Part shown: piece by piece, positions 27,816 to 40,699 of the stretch
Numbering within the stretch: position 1 is the first letter of the stretch
How the letters are laid out: every line of letters begins with the position of its first letter
Assembly: GCF_006345805.1 (NCBI RefSeq)
Contig: NC_043003.1
Location: 61,442,001-61,506,000, forward strand
Direction of reading: 5' to 3'
Length of the DNA: 64,000 nt
Source of the DNA: Octopus sinensis
Taxonomy: Eukaryota
The notes under the pieces: generated by a model
The model's input: only the letters and a program-made list of their open reading frames with translations
Databases searched by the model: none
What the model was told of the DNA's origin: nothing
Program-made: the position numbers and the translations under genes

Positions 27816-28193
27816 CTCCTGGAGTAAAAAAAAAAAAAATCCCTCTATCTTTGTATAAGCCACCAATTTATCACAGGTAATATTTCCAGATGATCGGGTA
27901 TTTATTCCCCACAGCTTGGTTAAGAAATGTAGGATAACTTTAACATCCGAAAAGTAAAAAGTTTTTCTGTAACCGAAAGCCTAAACTTGTAACGATTGTA
28001 GAAACAGAATAGAAATGACCGAAAAGAAAAAATCAGAGTTTCCTCCCTTACATCATAGAGATCCTTACGTTCAAAGTAAACAAATGTGCACTTCAGCACT
28101 CGGAACAGAATATTGGTTTTAATTTTTGACACAAGGCCCGCAATTTTGGTGGAGGGGGTAAGTCGATTACATCAAACCCCACCCCCAATGCTC

Positions 28194-28899
28194 GGCGAAG
28201 GTGAAGAATACGCACACCACCCGTTTTCGGTGTTTAGGATTAGGGTTACGCCGAAAATGGATGGCGTGCGTATTCTTTACCTCTGCTCCAAACCCTAAAC
28301 ACCGAAAACGGGTGGTGTGCGTATTCTTTACCTCTGCTCCAAACCCTAAACACCGAAAACGGGTGGTGTGCGTATTCTTTACCTCTGCTCCAAACCCTAA
28401 ACACCGAAAACGGGTGGTGTGCGTATTCTTTACCTCTGCTCCAAACCCTAAACACCGAAAACGGGTGGTGTGCGTATTCTTTACCTCTGCTCCAAACCCT
28501 AAACACCGAAAACGGGTGGTGTGCGTATTCTTTACCTCTGCTCCAAGCCCTAAACACCGAAAACGGGTGGTGTGCGTATTCTTTACCTCTGCTCCAAACC
28601 CTAAACACCGAAAACGGTTGGTGTGCGTATTCTTTACCTCTGCTCCAAACCCTAAACACCGAAAACGGGTGGTGTGCGTATTCTTTACCTCTGCTCCAAA
28701 TCCTAAACACCGAAAACGGGTGGTGTGCGTATTCTTTACCTCTGCTCCAAACCCTAAACACCGAAAACGGGTGGTGTGCGTATTCTTTACCTCTGCTCCA
28801 AACCCTAAACACCGAAAACGGGTGGTGTGCGTATTCTTTACCTCTGCTCCAAACCCTAAACACCGAAAACGGGTGGTGTGCGTATTCTTTACCTTCACC
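28194..28899. mobile_element. Non-autonomous TIR element with twelve 51-bp tandem units (Mutator/Foldback- or Merlin-like)
   Basis: 45-bp TIRs, 43/45 identical; flanking duplication CCAATGCTC / CAAATGCTC; interrupts a family B SINE; units start at 28286 + 51n. Confidence 0.8.
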
Positions 28900-29899
28900 C
28901 AAATGCTCAACTAGTACTTGTTTTATAGACTCCCAAAGGATGAAAGGCTAAGTCGGACTCGGGTTTCTAAGAGGAATGCCGATGCCAGCGCCGCCTTGAC
29001 TGGCTTCCGTGCCGGTGGCACGTTAAAAGCACCCACTACACTCACGGAGTGGTTGGCGTTAGGAAGGGCATCCAGCTGTAGAAACACTGCCAGATCAGAC
29101 TGGAGCCTGGTGCAGCCTCCTGGCTTCCCAGACCCCGGTCAAAACGTCCAACCCGTGCTAGCACGGAAAACGGACGTTAAACGATGATGATGTATCAGGT
29201 ACAGGCGTGGTGTGTGGTTAAGAAGCTTGCTTCTTAACTATGTGGTCTTGGGTTCAATTTCACTACATGGCACTTGGACATATATCTACTACAATAGCCC
29301 CGGGTCAAACAGTCTCGTAAGAGGATTCGATAGATGAAAACTGAATGTCGCCATATGGTAGAATCCAAGCAAACAAGTGAGACCTACATGGGTGCTTGAC
29401 CAGCCAGAAATAGTAGTTACATCGCTCTCAAATCAAATCTCAAACCAGCCTAAAAATGGAATTACATCGGATAATGTAGTCATCATACATGCACTGTGTG
29501 AACCATAAAAAGAGATAAAACGGCAGGCTGGAATGTTTTGATTTGATTAAAGATGTGTTTGATCAGAGCTGACCCAGAGACAAGAAGGTAGTAATGGGGT
29601 ACTAGAGCAAATTCTCAAAGAACAAGAAGGTGGGTATAAGAGAGGATAAAAATGGCTGATCATGGGAGGGAATAAGAGAGTGGCTGCTTTCATAAGAGTA
29701 TGAAGAGGAAGTAAAAGAGGTGGAGGTAGAGGGTACTGTACTGAATGATGAACAAGGATGGGAGTGCAAATGACAAGAAATAGATCATGCTTATATAATA
29801 TTTATATAATATAATAAAATCTAATACAGCCTTGTGGCTTGTCTCTCCTTGTTGAACCATGGAAAAGTGAACATTAAATGATGGTGATAATTTTATGGA

Positions 29900-30225
29900 A
29901 ATTGTAGTTAAGATACCCGTGCTGGTGACACATAAAAAGCACCGTCCGAACGTGGCAGATGCCAGCGTCGCCTTACTGGCGTCTGTGCCAGTGACACGTA
30001 AAAGCACCAACCGATCGTGGCTGTTTGCCAGCCTCCTCTGGCACGTAAAAAGCACCCACTACACTCACGGAGTGGTTGGCATTAGGAAGGGCATCCAGCT
30101 GTAGAAACACTGCCAGATCAGACTGGAGCCTGGTGCAGCCTCCTGGCTTCCCAGACACCAGTCGAACTGTCCAACCCATGCTAGCATGGAAAACGGATGT
30201 TAAACGATGATGATGATGATGATGA
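29900..30225 (+). mobile_element. RTE 3'-end element (family D)
   Basis: Tandem modules, terminal domain and (GAT)n tail. Confidence 0.8.
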
Positions 30226-31179
30226 TGTCTCTTCTATTTTTTAAAATTATTATAAATCTTCCATTGAGGAGGGAGCTGGCTTCCAACTAAGACACAAGGC
30301 TCCATCTTTGGGATGTAGTTAACACAGACAAATTTACATTTGGAACTTGAGAAAAGTCTTGCATATTTTTACTGTTCCACTCAGATTGGACTTGTACGAA
30401 TCAGTCAGTCAATTTCCCCTTTCTGAAAATTATCCAGATTCTCCTTTAGGCATTTACTAACAAAACTTAGTGCTCCAGTTATTATTAGTATGAATATGAA
30501 TTTGAATGAATGAATGAATGTGTGTGTGTGTGTGTATGTACATACGTATGTATGTATAATAGATCACAGATGGCCAAGTATCAACTTGACCATTGATGAC
30601 CTTGATATACAATATATAGATTTAAATAAAATTTATATAATGGAGATGTGTAGTATTTGTAACAGCTTTATTATTTAATTTATCAAGTTTGGAATTTTAT
30701 AATTTTGGTTTTTCTGAAATTTTATCATCTTCCACCCCCAACCCCACATTTTAAAATCAAGGTTCAACTGCTTCAATTGTATTTTCTGTTGATACAAGAT
30801 ATATCCATTACAGGAGAGGCCCTGTGAGTCAGCATTATGACCTGAAATAGAACTCTCACACACACAACAATAAACAATCAAACACTGCCAAAGTAATACA
30901 ATAACCAAAAAAAAGAATACTTCTGAACTTTGTCATTTTGGTGAAAGAACATCCTCATTATGGCGAGGACCACATCTCAACAACTGGTTCTTTTCTTCAA
31001 AGCTAGAAGACCCTTTAGCCCCTGACAGCTCAAGTTCAACCACAAATTCCAATCTTTGCTGCATTGTAGTAGCTTATATGCCTCAATAACCCTACCAGCA
31101 GAATGAAAGCTCCCAGTAAGGGTAAAGGCCAGATTAATACGAAACACACACCACCTCTTAGAGGTAAAAATAGGTTTGC

Positions 31180-31500
31180 AAAGGACCAACATACCTACTT
31201 AGTAAAAAGGGCAAAGTTACAGAAGCATCAACGATAATTCAAAACCAACAAGACCTGGGAGAGGAAGGCCTTCCACCAGGGAAACATATGACAAAATGCC
31301 AGATCCTGACCTGGAACACACAAAAGAGGCAGAGAGGGTGCCCTAAAAATAGTTGGAAGCGCATGGGATATTTGAAGCAAAGCTGCAAAAAAGACAGGGA
31401 CTCAACTGAGGAGAAGCAAGAAAGCCACCTAAAGTTAAGAATAGTGAAGAAAAATCATCAAAGGCCTACACTCCAGGGCAAGCAAAGTGGGTGCCAGTGT
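31180..31500 (+). mobile_element. Old RTE-like LINE C-terminal remnant
   Basis: QILTWNTQKRQRGCPKNSWKR resembles RTE WNPQGKRxRGRPKNTW; a related copy lies on the minus strand near 47900-48150. Confidence 0.5.
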
Positions 31501-31769
31501 AATATGTGATCTACGTGCCATTGTGATCTACAGCAACTTAGATCTAGCAACTTAAATTCGTAGTACCTCCACTCAAGCACACCCAGCTCACTAAATTCTC
31601 CTGTTTTCAACACTTTCATTATGTTCAACTCTCCTATAAGCCCTGCATTAATCACTAGGCTATATTTTGGATCTCACTGTAACCAAAGACCAATCTTGAT
31701 GAAAGTATATACTTAAAATCTCAAGATTACTGAGGACCTCGCCTGATCAAAGTACACCTTTAACATAGC

Positions 31770-32180
31770 AAGGGATTTCAGCCTCCAACAATTATTACCT
31801 TTCTACAAAGCTTTAATAACATGCACCATGGAATATTACTCCTACATCTGCAGCAGTGCTGCTCAGCATCTTAGATCACTTCCAGATAAAGGCCACCCAA
31901 TTGATTGATATAAAATCATTCATAGACACACACCCAAGACATGCTGTTTTTATTGTTTACATTTCTCTTCACTGCTATAATGGCCTCTGCTCCTCAGAGT
32001 CAGCTAGGATCATACCACTCCTACTCAAGCATTCTTGACCCACTCATCTCTCCTCCCCCAATCACCCTTGTTATGTCCAACCCCAACACCAAGCCCTTTG
32101 TTCCCAGAACATTAGCATTCGGGAATTCTCTCCTTGCTCATGTCTTTTCTGCAGATGTTGACTGACAAAAGTTCAAGAGG
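31770..32180 (+). mobile_element. Old LINE ORF2 C-terminal remnant (Jockey/CR1 group)
   Basis: FYKALITCTMEYYSYIC...LDHFQIKATQLI...YNGLCSSE...FVPRTLAFGNSL. Confidence 0.55.
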
Positions 32181-32302
32181 AGGGTGTGAAGGCCATAACC
32201 ACTCCTCTTCATCTAGACCTGTGTTTCTCAACTGGAGTTCTCTGGAACCCTACAGTTCCACAAGAAAGGGCTAGATAAGCTAATGCTAATTTCATGATCA
32301 TA

Positions 32303-32360
<58 letters not shown>

Positions 32361-35300
32361 TGCTAATTTCATGATCATAATATCATATATATATATATGA
32401 TATTTACCATGTGAACTACGATGAAAAAATATGAGAAAGATATGGTAGATAATTATTTTGTGCAGGGATTCCTTGAGACATGTAATTTATCTTGAGGGTT
32501 ATGCAAGGGTAAAAAGGTTGAGAAACAATGCTCTAAACCCAGGAAATAGAGAAAAAAAGACTTTATGGATACCCCATGCTGATAAGACAAAAAAGAAACC
32601 CAGTACATTTTGTAAAGCAGTTGGCATCAGTAAGGGCATCTGGCCATAGAAACCAAACTGAAACAGGTGACTGGAGCCTGGTGCAGCTCTCCAGCTTACC
32701 AATTCCAGTCAAACCATCTAACTCATGCCAGCATGGAAAATGGACGTAAAATAATGATGATTCATCTCAGTGAAGATACAAGAAATTGGGCAGGATTATA
32801 GCAAGACACTTACGCTGTCTCTCTAACACACTTTAGCCATAGACAATTAGTATAAACTCAACTAACCCTCTCTCAAATATCCCCACCACCACCACCATTT
32901 AGTCAAGGTCGTTCTTTCCCTTTCCTTTTTGTGTTTTGCAAGTTACTTAGCAACCTGGCTAGAGCTGGTGACACGAAAAATACACCTAGAACACACACTG
33001 TAAAAAGCTCACCAGATCCTGTCAAACAGTCCAAGCCATCCCAGCATAAAACATAGACATTGCATTAATGATCATGATCATGACACAGGGCAGAAACACT
33101 CCTCGTAGTTGTAGATTATCAATAACTGATTATTCCAGTACAGTTAATAAATACAAGCGATAAACATTTACGTCTCAAACTTAAATCTAACAATAGTGTT
33201 AACATATTTAAAGCTAACAAGAAAAAAACAAACACTAAAATAAATGCATTGTCAAGCATAATCCCTCAAAACTGATAGAGTTACAAATAAAATCAGTTGA
33301 ATTTATTTCGCTTGATTCAGTTTTATATGATTTATTTATTTTCTCAGAAAGTATGTTAGTTGGTAGAAAGCATCCCTGGGAAGTTTTTCCCATATTATTT
33401 TAAATTGCCTAATTGAAATTTTTATCCTCTCAGTCATTGTAGTAACCACAAAAATATGCTTTACTAAAGAGGTTTAATAATTCTGAAACATGTCTAAAGT
33501 TGTCACTGTACTTGCCAGAGATCAGACTCATTGCCCACTACATGACCCTCGTTCCCTTTTTAATCAGCTTCAATTTCCGAATCGTTTCCCCTTGCTTTCT
33601 TGACAATATTTATCATTAATGTTGATTTTTTTGTTGCGTTAAGGATGTTATTTCAATTAACTGCAAATTCTTTGGGGCTCACAAGACATCGAGACCTTTC
33701 CAGTTCCACAAACAACATTTATGTAAGAATTTTTTTTTTTAAGAAACGTATCTTAAATGAAGTCGAAAAGGTCCACCAGACACTTGAAAAAACTAAAGAC
33801 ATTTTAAACAATTATTGGCAAAATTGTAAACATGCCGAACAAAATGCCTTTTCGTCCGTCTTTAAATTCCGAGTTCAAATTCCACCGAGGTTGACTTTAT
33901 CTTTCATCCTTTAGGGGTTAATAAAATAAGTACCAGTTGTACACTGGAGTCGATGTAATCAACCAGCCCCCTGCCCAAATTACAAGCCTTATGCCTATAT
34001 TAGAAAATGATTAGCGGCATTTTTGTCAGTCTGTACGATCTGAGTTCAAATTCTACCGAGGTCGACATCCTTTCGGGGTCGATTAAATAAGTACCAGTTA
34101 CGTACTGGAGTCAATGTAATCGACTGATTCCCCCTCCCCACAAATTTCAGGCTTTGTGCTTATTGTAGAAAGGCTTCTTTAGACGATCCACGTGAATTGC
34201 CAAAATCATAGATAAAACAGCTGATTCTATTTTGACATTTCGGATTTACATTATTATTATGATTAAATGTTTGTACCGGAAGAAGAGAGTGTGTTCATGG
34301 CCTTCGTATGCCCTCCTGAGTTGTATGGGGTTCCAGAAAGTTGACGATCTGACAGTAGGGAAGTAATCAACGTGGAGGGCCGGGGAAGAGACACAAGCAC
34401 GGTAGTAGAGCTCTGAGTTGGCAGGAAACCGGCCAACTCCGAGGAAGCGATGTCACAGTCGTAATAACAGAAGAGATAATTGAGAAGACAGCATATCTAC
34501 TTGCAAGATGGAGTATTAGCGAGCAACTTAGGACCAATAAATCGAGTGGCCTGTGATTGGATGCAATCCAAGATAGTTGTGGTGTGTGTATGTGTGTGTG
34601 TGTGTAGCAGTACCGTCCCAAATGTGGATGCCAGCGTTGCATTGTGTATCACACCACTTCTGTCTGTCTCTGATATCAAATAAAATGAACCGATATGTAT
34701 AAAGTCATCTGTATGAAACATAGTTTTATGAATGAGTAATCTACAAACAGAAAATAATAGTAAACAGAATTAGAAGAAACTATTGGCCTAAAATGACGTT
34801 TGCCAAAAAAAAATGAAAATTAAAAGAATAAAAGGCGTCCATGGCCAGAAATGTCGATATATTCTTCTTTTCGCAACATGGGAATATATCCAAAGTCAAG
34901 AACTTCAGAAAAGATGTGGCCTATTAGTTTGATCTCTCTGTATAGAATTAGTAGTTACGATTGATGCTAAATTCTTACGTATACGGGACACAAGTTGACT
35001 CGAAGATGGGAGTGAGTACGCAAGTATGTGAGTGAATAAAAGTGAGGGAGGAGGTTCTTACATGAAAAAACAATATAGTGTGTTGAATAAGGATACAAAG
35101 ACTGTGTGACAAACCTAAGTATTTTTACATGTGCGCAAAATAAGTATAAGGCTGTGTACATAAAAAGGGAACAACAATTTCAAGTTTTAGGTCAGTGTTT
35201 TTTTCCTTCATCTCCAAATAATGAAATAGATTCCTTGCCTTCTCTTTCAATTAACACACAAGCACGCACTAAAAAGATCTGGCAGTGACTGAAGAAAAGC

Positions 35301-35388
35301 GAACATGACACGAAGAATTTTATGTCACAAAACTATATTTTGATGAGATTAAATGATAAATAAATATAAGCGGAAGTAGTTGTTTTAC

Positions 35389-35463
35389 CTGGTCTGAATG
35401 AACTTGTAGGATAACAACAAACAAGTACAATCCGACGAAAATCTTTCTTTCAACAGGTTCCAT
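35389..35463 (-). CDS. ATRAID: ATRAID exon 1 (signal peptide)
   Basis: ATG at 35463; MEPVERKIFVGLYLFVVILQVHSDQ is a hydrophobic signal; CAG|GTAAAA donor; phase 0 fits exon 2; total CDS 678 nt = 225 aa. Confidence 0.85.
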
Positions 35464-35565
35464 TGTGATACACGAAGACAATAACTAGTGTCTCGAACAG
35501 AAGAAACTCCTTTCTTATATTAAAAGCCCATGTTTCTATAAAAGCTCACCAACGCTCAGCACGAA

Positions 35566-35581
35566 CTTATTTATAAATAAG
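35566..35581. promoter_or_regulatory. Palindromic TATA-like element
   Basis: CTTATTTATAAATAAG is a perfect 16-bp palindrome giving TATAAATA on both strands; the genome is AT-rich, so chance is possible. Confidence 0.3.
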
Positions 35582-35595
35582 TCATGAGATGGTAA

Positions 35596-35603
35596 TCACA
35601 TGA
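35596..35603. promoter_or_regulatory. MITF/TFE-type E-box (M-box core)
   Basis: TCACATGA, i.e. TCATGTGA on the minus strand, 133 bp upstream of the ATRAID ATG. Confidence 0.4.
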
Positions 35604-35633
35604 TTTACAAAACACAGTTAGTAAAGCGATATT

Positions 35634-35642
35634 TGATTGGTT
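35634..35642 (-). promoter_or_regulatory. NF-Y CCAAT box
   Basis: AACCAATCA on the minus strand matches RRCCAATSR. Confidence 0.55.
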
Positions 35643-35691
35643 CTCACTGTTGTCGACTCCACTAATTGCTGACGAGTTAACATAGTGAGTT

Positions 35692-35705
35692 GTTGTCATG
35701 ACAAC
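35692..35705. promoter_or_regulatory. RFX X-box
   Basis: GTTGTCATGACAAC is a perfect palindromic X-box upstream of a ciliary (tektin) gene. Confidence 0.75.
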
Positions 35706-35741
35706 CTGTATACACACTTCTAACGACAATTTCAATAGCAG
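35706..35741 (+). other. TEKT2: Putative non-coding first exon of the tektin gene (5' end unknown)
   Basis: CAG|GTAAAA donor at 35741/35742 just after the X-box; the tektin start exon has an acceptor at 47151, 24 nt before its ATG, so an upstream exon is expected. Confidence 0.55.
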
Positions 35742-36467
35742 GTAAAATACTTTTTGTCTTAAAAATTCTTCGATTTTAATTCAATGATAACTATGAAAAC
35801 TGAATTTTTTTAACGTATTTCTGTTCATCTTTTTTAGATATTTATAAATATTACGGGAAAATCCTTATTTTATTCTCTTGTCAATTGTCAACACCGCTCG
35901 CTTGCATTTAAACGATGTGCATTATAGTAAAACAAAACAAAAAAAAAAAAAAAATTAGGAGTTCGCAATACAAAGAATCTTTCCTAAATTATCTCGGAAA
36001 GTAAATGATATTGTTATTAACATCATATATTCTCATTTCTTTTCCTTTAGTCATTCGGTAAAATATTTTTCAGTTGCATTTCAAATTCAATTTTTTTTTT
36101 TTAATTGTTAAGATAAAAAAAAATTGCATATATAAATTTTTCCTTCCAATAATTCGGCCTGATTTTCTTAATCTGAAGATAACATTCTCTGGAAATACTC
36201 TTAAATTCCCAAATAGACCAATAGATATATATTTTATCTTCCTCCTTATCAGTAGTAGAAGCATTACTACTATGGATCCAATAAGCAAATCCGTATGCGG
36301 TTGCTCTCCCTGCATGAAATAGCAGCCAAATCTCCCTTCTCTTACAGGCTATTATCGTTATAAAATAAAGAAAGAAATAACAATAAGGAAGGGCACATTA
36401 GATAATGTAGTCATAAACATACATCAGGCTTCTAAAAAAATTTAGATTACAGCTAAAATGTTTCGAT

Positions 36468-36570
<103 letters not shown>

Positions 36571-37337
36571 AATTTCAAGGAAAGAAAGTGAAAGTAACAG
36601 AGAAGGTTAAAGACAGTAACATCATGATCATCATTATTACCATCATCATCCTCAAAGCCATTACAGTCTTTTTTTGCAATGCAAACTATTCCACAAAATT
36701 ATCAAACTCAAAAAGTAGAAAATTTTTATTTCGTTCATTTATTTGTTTATACATTTATTTTACATTCATTATTTATATTTACTCCTCGGATAAGCATTTC
36801 TGGGGGAAATTGGACAGATGGAAACTATGCTGAAGCTCATCAGACTGTACAAGTCCTGCATGGAAGATTTAATCACCCAGCTTGATATCATCATCTGCTC
36901 CTTAGGTCATCATCATTGTCATTACCATCATCATTTTAACATCCACTTTTCTATGCTTGCATACATTGGACAGAGCTTAGTGAGGCACATTACAGCTGGT
37001 TGCCCTTCCTGTCACCAACCTTCACCGATTTCCAAGAAAGGTGATATTTCCACGTTATCAGGTTTGCTTTTGCAGAATATTGAGAATAAATGACATTCGT
37101 TTACATCAGTCACATGATGCCACATCAAGGAGATATAAACATACATACACTCACACATACATACTTATATACATACGTACACACATACTTACATACATAC
37201 ATACACACATACATACATACATGCTTACGTATATGCATGTGTGCATATATACATGCATATGTACATACATACATATATACATGATAGATTGTTAGCCACT
37301 ACACACATTTTTTTCTCTCCTTGTTTTTTCTGTGTAC

Positions 37338-37373
37338 CTTTCTGTAGAAGAGTGTAGGCTCGAAACGTAAAAG
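37338..37373 (+). ncRNA. Variant minimal hammerhead-like motif
   Basis: CUGUAGA-A-GAGU(GUAG)GCUC-GAAA-CG-UA with a 4-bp stem I; A6 replaced by U and one extra A. Confidence 0.35.
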
Positions 37374-37456
37374 ACTTTTTCTATTCCTGAACGTTATACT
37401 AATACATCTGTTTGTTTTGTACACCACCTGTCTTCATCTTTTTTTTCGTAAACTTT

Positions 37457-37496
<40 letters not shown>

Positions 37497-38929
37497 TAAG
37501 CAGAAAGTTTTGTATTAAAAAAAATGATAATCGATGGTAGTCAATTTCTTTGTTGATCTTAAAATTTTCTCCATTTTCTGCTTAATTTAAATTTGATCCC
37601 TTATAAACTCTTGTTTATTTGTTATTGCCTGTATCCTATGAACATAGTATGCTTGCATATCCATGACCAGGTTTAACATAGGTAATTTATACCGGTAGTA
37701 AAAATGGATATTCTTATCCTTTAGACAGTTATTCCAACTGCTAACTCTACTTATCTATATATACATATACATACATATATATATATATGCATATTAAAGT
37801 TAGATAAGGCCAGTTTATTGGATTACCTTAGGTTTCACAGTCGGCTAAGCCCTTTATGGATGTGGAACCTGAGGTCTTCTCATAAACTAACCTTATCTAA
37901 CTTTAATATATACTGCTTTATAACTTAGAGTGTGCTTCTTTTGAATTCATGTTTTTACAGATGATATGTGTGTGTGTAAACACAGAGGGGACAAACAAAG
38001 GGATTAAGTCGATTACTTCAACCCCAGTGTGTTACTGGTACTTATTTTTAATCAACCCCGAAAGGATGAAAGGCAAAGTCGACCTCAGCAGAATTTGAAC
38101 TCAGAATGTAATGACAGACGAAATACTGCTAAGTATTTCACCCGGCATGCTAACGATTCTGCCAGCTCTCTGCCTATGTATGAATATCTGTGTGTGTCTG
38201 TGTGTGTGTAATTATATGTGCCAATCTCTCATTGTAAGGGAACATGTGGAAGGAGTAGACCCAGAAAGACATGGGATGAAGTGGTGAGAAAGGATCTACT
38301 AATGTTGGGACTCACAAAGGAGATGACAGGGGACTGAGACTCCTGGCAGTTTGCTGTGCTTGAAAAGACACATCAAACTAAGTAAAAACATAGGTGCCCT
38401 TGCATAGGAGTTTATCCCTTGCAACCCTCTCCAGCTGAGTAACCCTAATCTTGCAGGTTCATGGGTTCTGGTGCCACATAAAAAGAACCCGTACTGATGC
38501 TGTGTAAAAGCTCCCAGTACACTCTGTAAAGTGGTTGGCATTAGGAAGGACATCCAGCCACTGAAACCCTGCCAAAACAGACATGGAGCTTGTACAACTC
38601 TTCAGCTTGTCAGCTCCTGTCAAACCCATGCCAGCACAGAAAATGGATGTTAAATGATTATGATGATGATGGTAATCATATATATATATATATATACATA
38701 TCACCCACCACTACCAAAGGCCTAAATGTTGATGACTAGCCAGAGACAGGCTGTGGTGGAAGGAGTTCAGGGACAAGTTCTTCTTTCAGGAGTGATGAAG
38801 CCCTGGATAAGGATAAGAATGTGTGTGTGTGTATGTGTGCGCGTATGTGTGTGTGTATAGATTGGGTTCTTTTCCATTTACCAAATCCACTCACAAGATA
38901 TTGGTTGGGCTGAGGCTATAGTAGAAGAT

Positions 38930-39310
38930 GTGGAGGCGCAATGGCCCAGTGATTAGGGCAGTGGACCCGCAGTCGTAGGATCGCGGTTTCGATTCCCAGA
39001 CCGGGCGTTGTGAGTGTTATTGAGCGAAAACACCTAAAGCTCCATGAGGCTCCGGCAGGGATGGTGGTAATCCCTGCTGTACTCTTTCACCACAACTTTC
39101 TCTCAGTCTTACTTCCTGTTTCTATTGTACCTGTATTTCAAAGGGCCGGCCTTGTCACTCTCTGTGTCAAGCTGAATATCCCCGAGAACTACGTTAAGGG
39201 TACACGTGTCTGTGGAATGCTCAGCCACTTACATGTTAATTTCACAAGCAGGCTGTTCCGTTGATCAGATCAACTGGAACCCTCGTCGTCGTAACCGACG
39301 GAGTGCTTCC
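38930..39310 (+). mobile_element. SINE family C, tail C1, nested in a family A copy
   Basis: tRNA-like head GGAGGCGCAATGGCCCAGTG...GGTTTCGATTCC; 12-bp TSD ATAGTAGAAGAT at 38918 and 39311. Confidence 0.9.
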
Positions 39311-40099
39311 ATAGTAGAAGATATTTGACCAAGGTGTCTTGCAGTGGCTGGAAAACCAACTTCTTAACCTTACAGCCATGCCTGTTTCTTTTGAAAATCT
39401 AATCTGTTGCAAGTATTTGAACCAGGTCGTCAATTTGAAGACAACTCTATATTTTGAACGGTTGTTTCCTACTGCAATAACCTATGAAATGTTTCTTTGT
39501 CCTTTCTTCCACCAATCTTAGAGAACCAGAAAAGATCCTTTATCAACCTCTGCCATACAAAACACACTAAAAAAAATCACCTGAATAACCTTTTTCATGT
39601 TTATTTTAATTGTAAAAAGGATTAATCACTAATTACATAACATTACATTTGGGCCTCACAGAGGCAATAACAAGAGACTGAGACCTTTGGAGATATGCTA
39701 TGATTGAGAAAATCTGGCGAGTGAAGTGAGATTGCAGCCACGGCCGATGCCAGTGTTGCATAACCAGCCCATTTAAAAGTACCCTTGAATCGTCAGGTGA
39801 TATGCTGTGTTTTAGAAGACCTGTTGAGTTGAGTGAAATTGAATTCGTAGTCATGGCCAGTGGCGCCTGACTGGCACCCATGCAGGTGGCATGTAATAAG
39901 CACCATTTGAGCATGGGTTGATGCAGTGCTGGCTGACTGGCTCCCTTTGGTGGCACATAAAAAGCACAATCTGAATGTGGTCAATGCCAGCGCACCCTGA
40001 CTGGCTCCCATGCAGGTGGCACGTAAAAAGCACCCACTACACTCTTGGAGTGGTTGGCGTTAGGAAGGGCATCCAGCTGTAGAAACCTTGCCAGATCAG

Positions 40100-40314
40100 G
40101 CGAGCTGGCAGAAATGTTAGCACGCCGGGTGAAAAGCTTTGTGGTATTTCATCCATTGCTGTGTTCTGAGTTCAAATTCCGCTGAGGTCGACTTTGCCTT
40201 TCATCCTTTCGGGGTCGATTACAAATAAGTACCAGTTATGCACTGGGGTCGATGTAATCGACTTAATCCATTTGTCCCCTCTATGTTTAGCCCCTTGTGG
40301 GCAATAAAGAAATA
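40100..40314 (+). mobile_element. SINE family B nested in a family D element
   Basis: 19-bp TSD AGAAACCTTGCCAGATCAG at 40081-40099 and 40315-40333. Confidence 0.9.
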
Positions 40315-40699
40315 AGAAACCTTGCCAGATCAGATCAGAGCCAGGTGCAGCCTACTGGTTTGCCAGTCCTCAGTCAAACCATCCAACCCATGCCAGCATG
40401 GAAAACGGATGTTAAACAGTGATGATGATGATATATATAATACACACACACCCACATATATATCAAAATAATATGGGTGACTAATTCACAATTTTGCAAC
40501 CTAAAGGCAGAAATATATGTATCACTAAAGTGACAAATGGCACTAAACACCACTATTATTGCTAAAAATATTTGCCACAGTTATTGAGTTGTTTTGATTC
40601 TTATTTCTAGCAGCACTGGTGTTGATTAATGCTTTTTGTCACTTTAGTGATGCATATACAGGGTTGGCCAGAAGTCACCCAACAGTAAATCAAAATTCC

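Noticed and set aside
28286-28899. Interstitial telomere
   Set aside because: Only one AAACCCTAAA per 51-bp unit; there is no (TTAGGG)n run.
28167-28914. Three long ORFs (218-247 aa) with 17-aa repeats; also a possible CRISPR array
   Set aside because: The ORFs are by-products of a stop-free 51-bp unit (a multiple of 3) that is open on both strands. The units are contiguous with no unique spacers, so this is not CRISPR.
33600-33914. 104-aa plus-strand ORF
   Set aside because: No recognisable homology, it runs into a SINE-B, and it is antisense within ATRAID intron 1.
38930-39010. tRNA genes at SINE heads (also 45857, 50470, 26292)
   Set aside because: A and B boxes are present, but they continue into SINE bodies with TSDs and lack a proper acceptor stem.
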